Of a DNA stretch of 64,000 bases, positions 59,138-64,000 are shown one piece after another. The notes under the pieces were generated by a model. The model made no database searches. It had not been told where the DNA came from and saw only the letters and a list, made by a program, of their open reading frames with translations. The position numbers were made by a program, and so were the translations under genes. Origin of the DNA: a virus. Location of the stretch: positions 3,305 to 67,304 of IMG/VR virus record IMGVR_UViG_3300047497_000260. One strand, given 5' to 3'. Positions within the stretch are counted from its first letter, which is position 1. Every line of letters begins with the position of its first letter.

Positions 59138-59151
59138 CTGCGATCGCGCCC

Positions 59152-60246
59152 ATGATCGACAGGGATGAGAACGCCGCTACCGACGCCTTGGCGATCGTCG
59201 AAAAATACGAGGTCTTTGTGAGCTATCTTTATCCGATTCTGCAGAACGCGCCGCGCAAGCACGGCGTCCTCCGCGACGCGGTGCTCGCCTCGCTTTTCGC
59301 CCCGATCGGCGGTCTCTACCACGCTGCGAAGTCGAAACAGCTGTCCCGGCTTTATGCCATCGACGCCGAATTCGCGACGCTGCGTGCATTCCTTCGCTTT
59401 CTCAGCCAGCCGAGCGTGCGGATCGTCACGCCGAGACAGCACATCTTCGATCCCAAGAAGCGGCTGATCTCCGCGCTGCCGTTCCGCGACCGGGTCGCCC
59501 AGCAGGCTTTATGCCTTATCATCGCGCCGATCTTCGACCGCGCCCTGCTGCCGCGCGCCTTTGCCTGCCGCCCGGGAAAAGGCACGCACGCAGGCGTCAC
59601 GCAATTGCAGGCCGAGCTGCGCCGGCTGGCCCGCGATGGCGCGCCAGTCTATTTTCTGAAGACGGATTTTCGCGCTTATTTCGCGTCGATCCAGCGGCCG
59701 GTTCTCTGGCGTCTGATCGAGGCCAAGATATCATGCGCCGCGACGCTCGCGCTGATCGAAGCCATGGTCCCGCGACAGGGCGTCGGCCTGCCGATCGGCG
59801 CGCTGACCTCGCAGATTTTCGCCAACCTCTATGCCGGCGCGGCGCTCGATCGCTGGCTGCAGCAGACGCTGGGCGAGCGCTTCTGGTTTCGCTATATGGA
59901 CGACGTGGTCGTGCTGGGAATGAGCGCCGATCATCTTCGTCGCGTCAAGCAATCCATCGAAGACTTTTCGAAGGCCGAGCTCGGCCTGACCTTTTCGAAA
60001 TGGCTGATCGCCAGCATCGCCCGCGGCGTCAATTTCCTGGGCTACCGGATATGGCCGAGCCACAAGTTGCTGCGCAAGAACAGCGTCGTTCGCGCCAGGC
60101 GCAAGATCGCCGCCTATCGGGCCGCAGGCGATGACGGGAGGATCGAAAAATTTCTCACCGCCTGGCGCGGGCACGCGCAATGGGCCGACAGCGCCAATTT
60201 GATGCGAAGCCTCGGCCTCGCCATTGAGGGGGCGCCCTCCTCATGA
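59152..60246 (+). CDS. In-frame fusion of truncated DGR accessory protein Avd (aa 1-97) and N-terminally truncated DGR reverse transcriptase
   Basis: IVEKYE...YLYPI.Q..PRKHGV.R...KS.Q.S.LY..DA resembles bAvd; RLISALPFRDRV, GKGTHAG, LPIGALTSQ, RYMDD, NFLGYRIWP.HKLLRK resemble bRT. Confidence 0.9.
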   Translation: MIDRDENAATDALAIVEKYEVFVSYLYPILQNAPRKHGVLRDAVLASLFAPIGGLYHAAKSKQLSRLYAIDAEFATLRAFLRFLSQPSVRIVTPRQHIFDPKKRLISALPFRDRVAQQALCLIIAPIFDRALLPRAFACRPGKGTHAGVTQLQAELRRLARDGAPVYFLKTDFRAYFASIQRPVLWRLIEAKISCAATLALIEAMVPRQGVGLPIGALTSQIFANLYAGAALDRWLQQTLGERFWFRYMDDVVVLGMSADHLRRVKQSIEDFSKAELGLTFSKWLIASIARGVNFLGYRIWPSHKLLRKNSVVRARRKIAAYRAAGDDGRIEKFLTAWRGHAQWADSANLMRSLGLAIEGAPSS

Positions 60247-60972
60247 GCCCGACGATCCGCCTCGCGATTCCGATCGAAGTCATCAGCCAGGAGGAGGCGG
60301 AGAAGGCGGATTTCTTCGTCTGCATCACGGCCGATAGCCCGTCGCCCTTCTCTGACAATGAGCGCGGAATCTGCTCGGGCTGCGGCGTCCCCGTCCAGTT
60401 CCGCCCGCACGCGCCGAAAAAACCTCCGCGGCTCTGCGTCGGGTGCGTCGTGAAAAGGAGCCTCAATTGACCGCGCCTCGCGAATTCCATTGCTGCGAAT
60501 GCGGACGCCATATCATCGTGGTCGTCCCGGCCTGCGGCCAATGCGAAGCCGCCCTCTGCGCGCAATGCCTCTTCACGCCCGGCTGGTTCACCATTCCCGA
60601 GCTGCGCATGATCATCGATCCCGACCACGACGGCCGCGAGGCGATCTGGCCCGAGCCGCCGCAGCCCGTGGAGCGCCGATGATGGGCGAGGCCAGACGCA
60701 AGCGGGTCGCCGAGCTCGGAGACAAAGGCGCGGAGATTTCCGGGCAGATGCGCATCGTCCGCTATCGCGATGGCGCGGGCGCCAAGCGCCGCGTCGAATT
60801 CTTCATCGACGGATTGGCGAAGGTCGAGGCCTATGCCGCGATCTGCAACATCAAACGCCGCTTCGAGGACCTGTTCGCCTTCCGCGAGGACCGCGATGGC
60901 GGCCTTGCGCCGCGCGTCGCCGCGCCGTCGATCCATCCCGCCGAATCCAATCCCGGAGAGCCCGATGTCTGA
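60243..60972 (+). CDS. Three small coupled ORFs (60243-60470 and 60467-60682 CxxC zinc ribbons; 60679-60972 hypothetical)
   Basis: CxxC...CxxC motifs; NTGA overlaps. Confidence 0.6.
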
Positions 60973-61355
60973 CTTGACTGTCGTCGCCGCCGAGGAGCCG
61001 TCGACCCGACGCGGCCGCCCGCGCCTTCCCGCCTATCGCATCCGGCCTGGCGGTCTCTCCGCCAGCGACAAGGCCGTCATCGCCTCGCTCGCCGCGCGCG
61101 GCCGCGGAGCTGCGGCCATAGCGCGATGTCTCGGGAAAAATCGCAACACGGTCTACTGGCATATGCTCAGCGCGTTTCTGATCTCGCCGCGCCCGCAGCG
61201 CCCGCGAAGCGCCTATCGGCGTGGCGACAAGGATCTCCGCATCAAGGGTCAAGCCGCTCGCTATAGCCAAAGCGGCCAACGCCGCCTTCAACCGCGGCCG
61301 ACGCGCACGCGGTGTCATGGCTCGCCTCGTCCTCCTCGCCGCGCGGGAGAATTGA
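60965..61355 (+). pseudogene. HTH protein broken by a frameshift near 61247
   Basis: AIARCLGKNRNTVYW in one frame; VKPLAIAKAANAAF...VMARLVLLAAREN* in the next, ending adjacent to the 61356 ATG. Confidence 0.55.
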
Positions 61356-61559
61356 ATGGAGAACATCGCCTATTCCCGCTCCGACACGCCCGCCGAGGCC
61401 TATGCCAAGGGCCTCGTCGTCGGCGGCTGGGACGCCCTGCGCCGCCCAGCCCCCTCAAGCTATGCGAGCCGCCAGCGCGAGGCCTGGCGCTTCGGGGTCG
61501 CCGAGGCGCGCCTTGGCGCCGGCCGCAAGCCGGGCGAGGCCGCCCCGCGCGCCCTTTAA
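61356..61559 (+). CDS. Hypothetical protein
   Basis: GGAG RBS, operon packing. Confidence 0.5.
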   Translation: MENIAYSRSDTPAEAYAKGLVVGGWDALRRPAPSSYASRQREAWRFGVAEARLGAGRKPGEAAPRAL

Positions 61560-61576
61560 ACCATGGAGACCTGAAC

Positions 61577-62062
61577 ATGCGCTTCGCCCTGCCCTCGCAG
61601 CCGCGCATCGAACTCCACTACGCGCCGGTCGAAAACCTCGAGAAGATCGATGTCGATCTCATCGACAGCGCCGGCGAGACGATCGACATGGACGCCTATG
61701 TCCTGACCGACTGGGCGGTCATCGACGCTCTTGCCGACGCCGCCGGCCGCGGCGTCGTCGTGCGCCTCTTTCGCGAGACCTCGACCTCGGCCTATGGCGA
61801 CGTCGCCGAGCTTGCCAAGCTCGCCGGCGTCCCCAATGTCGCGCAGAAGCTCAAACCCGCCGGCGCGCTGATGCATCTGAAGAGCTATTGCGTCGACGGC
61901 CGCGTCCTGCGCACCGGCTCCGCGAATTTCAGCGGCAGCGGCGAGAAGAACCAGGACAACGACCTCCTCATCCTCCGCGATCCCGTCTTCGCCGCCGCCT
62001 TCGAGGCCAATTTCGAGCGGCAATGGAGCGGCGAGCCGGTCAGCAAGGACATCGCGCCATGA
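61577..62062 (+). CDS. Phospholipase D-family (Nuc-like) nuclease
   Basis: HLKSYCVDG...TGSANFS...N HKD motif; GGAG RBS. Confidence 0.88.
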   Translation: MRFALPSQPRIELHYAPVENLEKIDVDLIDSAGETIDMDAYVLTDWAVIDALADAAGRGVVVRLFRETSTSAYGDVAELAKLAGVPNVAQKLKPAGALMHLKSYCVDGRVLRTGSANFSGSGEKNQDNDLLILRDPVFAAAFEANFERQWSGEPVSKDIAP

Positions 62063-62640
62063 CGAGCCCCTATCCCCTCGTCTGGCCCGAAGGCGTTCCG
62101 CGCACCCCCGCTGCCCGGCGCGCCCGCTCGCCGTTCAGGACCGGCTACGCCAAGGCGGTCGACAATGTCGTCGGCAGCCTGCGCGGTTTCGAGAAGGACG
62201 CCGGGATCCGGATCGAGGCGCCGGTTCTTTCCGCCAATCTCGACCTGATGGGACGCCTCGCCGGCTCGGACCCGGGCGTCGCGGCCTGGTTCAAATTCTC
62301 CGGCGACCAGGTCTGCTTCGCCGTCGACCGCTTTCCCGACATCGCCTCGAACGCCCAGGCGATCCATCACATCATCGAGGCGCGCCGCGTCGAATTGCGC
62401 TACGGCGGCCTCAGCATCGTCCGCCAGACCTTCCGCGCCTTCCTTGCGCTTCCCGCGCCCGACCTGCCCGACTGGTGGACAATCCTTCGCTGCGCGCCCG
62501 ACGCTTCGCTTTCGACGATCAAGTCGCAGTTCCACATTCTCGCCAACGAGCGCCATCCCGACAAACCCGGCGGCTCGCAACAAGCCATGGCCGAGCTCGC
62601 CGCCGCGCGCGACCGCGCCCTCAAGGAGCGCGCCGTATGA
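62059..62640 (+). CDS. Phage J-domain-containing protein
   Basis: YPLVWPEG.PRT, DPGVA.WF, WWTIL...HPDKPGGS...M.EL. Confidence 0.88.
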   Translation: MTSPYPLVWPEGVPRTPAARRARSPFRTGYAKAVDNVVGSLRGFEKDAGIRIEAPVLSANLDLMGRLAGSDPGVAAWFKFSGDQVCFAVDRFPDIASNAQAIHHIIEARRVELRYGGLSIVRQTFRAFLALPAPDLPDWWTILRCAPDASLSTIKSQFHILANERHPDKPGGSQQAMAELAAARDRALKERAV

Positions 62641-62978
62641 GAACGATCGACGACCTGCCCATGACAGGGGGCGACCTCCTCTCCGCCGCCGAGGCCGCCA
62701 AGGCGCTCCGCATTTCGGTCAAAACCTTGCGCCGGCATGTAAAAGACGGAACATTGCCGTGCATCATCACCGGCCGGGGCCGTTCCTTGCAGCACTACGC
62801 CCTGGACCCGGCCGATATCGAGGCTTTCAAACGCGCCAGGCGACAGTTCCGGAGCACGCCCGCATGTCCGTCTACAAGACGAAAAGGTCGCCGTATTTCG
62901 CCTACGACTTCTGGATCGACGGTCGTCGATTTGTCGGCTCGACTCGCTGCAAGAATCGCCTCGAAGCGAAGGCCGTAG
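62637..62978 (+). CDS. Excisionase-like HTH protein
   Basis: LLS..EAAKALRISVKTLRRHV..G.L; overlaps the integrase start. Confidence 0.75.
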   Translation: MRTIDDLPMTGGDLLSAAEAAKALRISVKTLRRHVKDGTLPCIITGRGRSLQHYALDPADIEAFKRARRQFRSTPACPSTRRKGRRISPTTSGSTVVDLSARLAARIASKRRP

Positions 62979-64000
62979 AGAAGGAGGAGCGCGCCAGGGC
63001 GCGCGCCGAATGCGACCGGGCGCTCGCCGAGGGCCGCGGCCCGATGACGATCAGCGCCGCCGCCGACAGATATTTCGAGGAGGTCGGGCAGCATCACGCC
63101 GGCGCCGCGACCACCGCGCGCGATCTCGTGCGCCTCAGTGATTATTTTGGGGCCGGCCGTCGCCTCGAGGAGATCGGCGACGACGAGGTCGCCCAGCTCG
63201 TCGCCTGGCGGCGCGGCCAGACGGTGAAGGGACGCAGGACGACCGCCGATCCCGCCGACCCAAAGCGCCGCCGCCCGGCCCCGCTCGTCAGCCCGAGCAC
63301 CGTCAACCGCTCGACGATCGAGCCGCTGCAGAAGCTCTTCAACCGCGCGATCCTCGTCTGGGGCGTCAAACTGCCGCGGCCGCCCCTCTGGAAGCGCCAT
63401 ATCCTGCCCGAGGTCGAGGAGCGCGTGCGCGAGGTGCGCGCCGCCGAGGAGGCCGCCTTTCAGGCGATCCGCGCCGACTATCGCCCCGTCGTCGATTTCG
63501 CCCGGGCCTCGGGCCTGCGGCTCGCCGAGTGCCTGATGAAAAAGGAATGCGTCGATCTCGCCGGCGGCTACGTCCGGGTGATCGGCAAGGGCGGCAAGCG
63601 GATCGTCAAGCCGATGACCGCCGAGATGCGCGCCATCCTCATGAGCGCCATGGCCAATCCGACGGACCATGTCTTCACCTACGCCGCCGCCAGGCCGAAC
63701 AAGGGCAAGAACGGCTGGCCGCGCGGTGCGCCCCGCCCGATCACCGCGAGCGGCCTCAAGACCATGTGGCGCCGCTCGCGCCGGCGCAAGAAAGGCCCGA
63801 GCCTTCCGCCCGACCTGCGCTTCCACGACCTGCGCCACGATTTCGCGACGAAGCTGCTGCGCGAGACGGGCAATCTCAAGCTCGTCCAGCGCGCCCTCGA
63901 TCATGCCGAGATCGAGACGACGACCCGCTACGCCCACGTCCTCGACGAGGAAGTCCTCGCCGGCATGGAGGCCGCGAGCAAACGGCGCAAAGCGAGATGA
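62864..64000 (+). CDS. Tyrosine integrase
   Basis: MSVYK..SPYF.YDF, SGLRLAE, RFHDLRH, L.H.....T.RY. Confidence 0.95.
   Translation: MSVYKTKRSPYFAYDFWIDGRRFVGSTRCKNRLEAKAVEKEERARARAECDRALAEGRGPMTISAAADRYFEEVGQHHAGAATTARDLVRLSDYFGAGRRLEEIGDDEVAQLVAWRRGQTVKGRRTTADPADPKRRRPAPLVSPSTVNRSTIEPLQKLFNRAILVWGVKLPRPPLWKRHILPEVEERVREVRAAEEAAFQAIRADYRPVVDFARASGLRLAECLMKKECVDLAGGYVRVIGKGGKRIVKPMTAEMRAILMSAMANPTDHVFTYAAARPNKGKNGWPRGAPRPITASGLKTMWRRSRRRKKGPSLPPDLRFHDLRHDFATKLLRETGNLKLVQRALDHAEIETTTRYAHVLDEEVLAGMEAASKRRKAR

Larger units (their letters stand above)
1..64000. mobile_element. Temperate phage/prophage: lambda-like head with Mu-like contractile tail; att sites not visible in the window
   Basis: Ordered lysis-tail-head-terminase-replication-cI/cro-integrase modules; no host housekeeping genes seen. 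Confidence 0.97.

Noticed and set aside
59152-60246. RT as a group II intron, retron or Abi RT
   Set aside because: Avd-like N-terminus, LTSQ and YMDD motifs point to the DGR class; no maturase/endonuclease domain, VTG motif or intron RNA ends seen
60770-62062. 430-aa HTH-PLD fusion in the ORF track
   Set aside because: Caused by the frameshift near 61247; the PLD has its own RBS and ATG at 61577 and another gene lies in between
63900-64000. att site
   Set aside because: The window ends at the integrase stop; no att core repeat or tRNA is visible

Overview
GC-rich 64 kb window occupied entirely by one temperate phage or prophage, most likely of an Alphaproteobacterium (Hyphomicrobiales-like; inferred from the SciP/DUF1153-like gene and the gene families). 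The left part (1-~38.3 kb, minus strand) holds lysis genes, a module of Ala/Gly-repeat fibre-like proteins, a Mu-like contractile tail and baseplate, and a lambda-like head and packaging module (MCP E, decoration D, S49 protease, portal, gpW, GpA terminase) with a lambda-like cosQ/cosN. From ~38.4 to 52 kb (minus) lie a Cre-like recombinase, a late-regulator-like gene, a replication initiator with internal iterons, an adenine MTase and a SciP-like gene. A cro/cI switch with readable operators sits at 52-54.3 kb. The plus-strand early operon (54.3-64 kb) has a ParB-like gene, a DGR-derived Avd-RT fusion, a PLD nuclease, a J-domain protein, an excisionase and an integrase. Highlights: (1) a BPP-1-type DGR reduced to one in-frame Avd-RT chimera that keeps YMDD and the 8-bp cis hairpin but has no visible TR or target; (2) a 93-bp cloverleaf element (26-bp stem plus three triloop mini-hairpins); (3) a predicted fully palindromic 12-nt cohesive end; (4) a phage SciP-like gene; (5) fibre scaffolds sharing an N-terminal MAYVFRxPWxRQWR motif, plus signal-peptide-bearing genes inside the structural operons. 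All family assignments come from motif recognition and recall; no searches were run.
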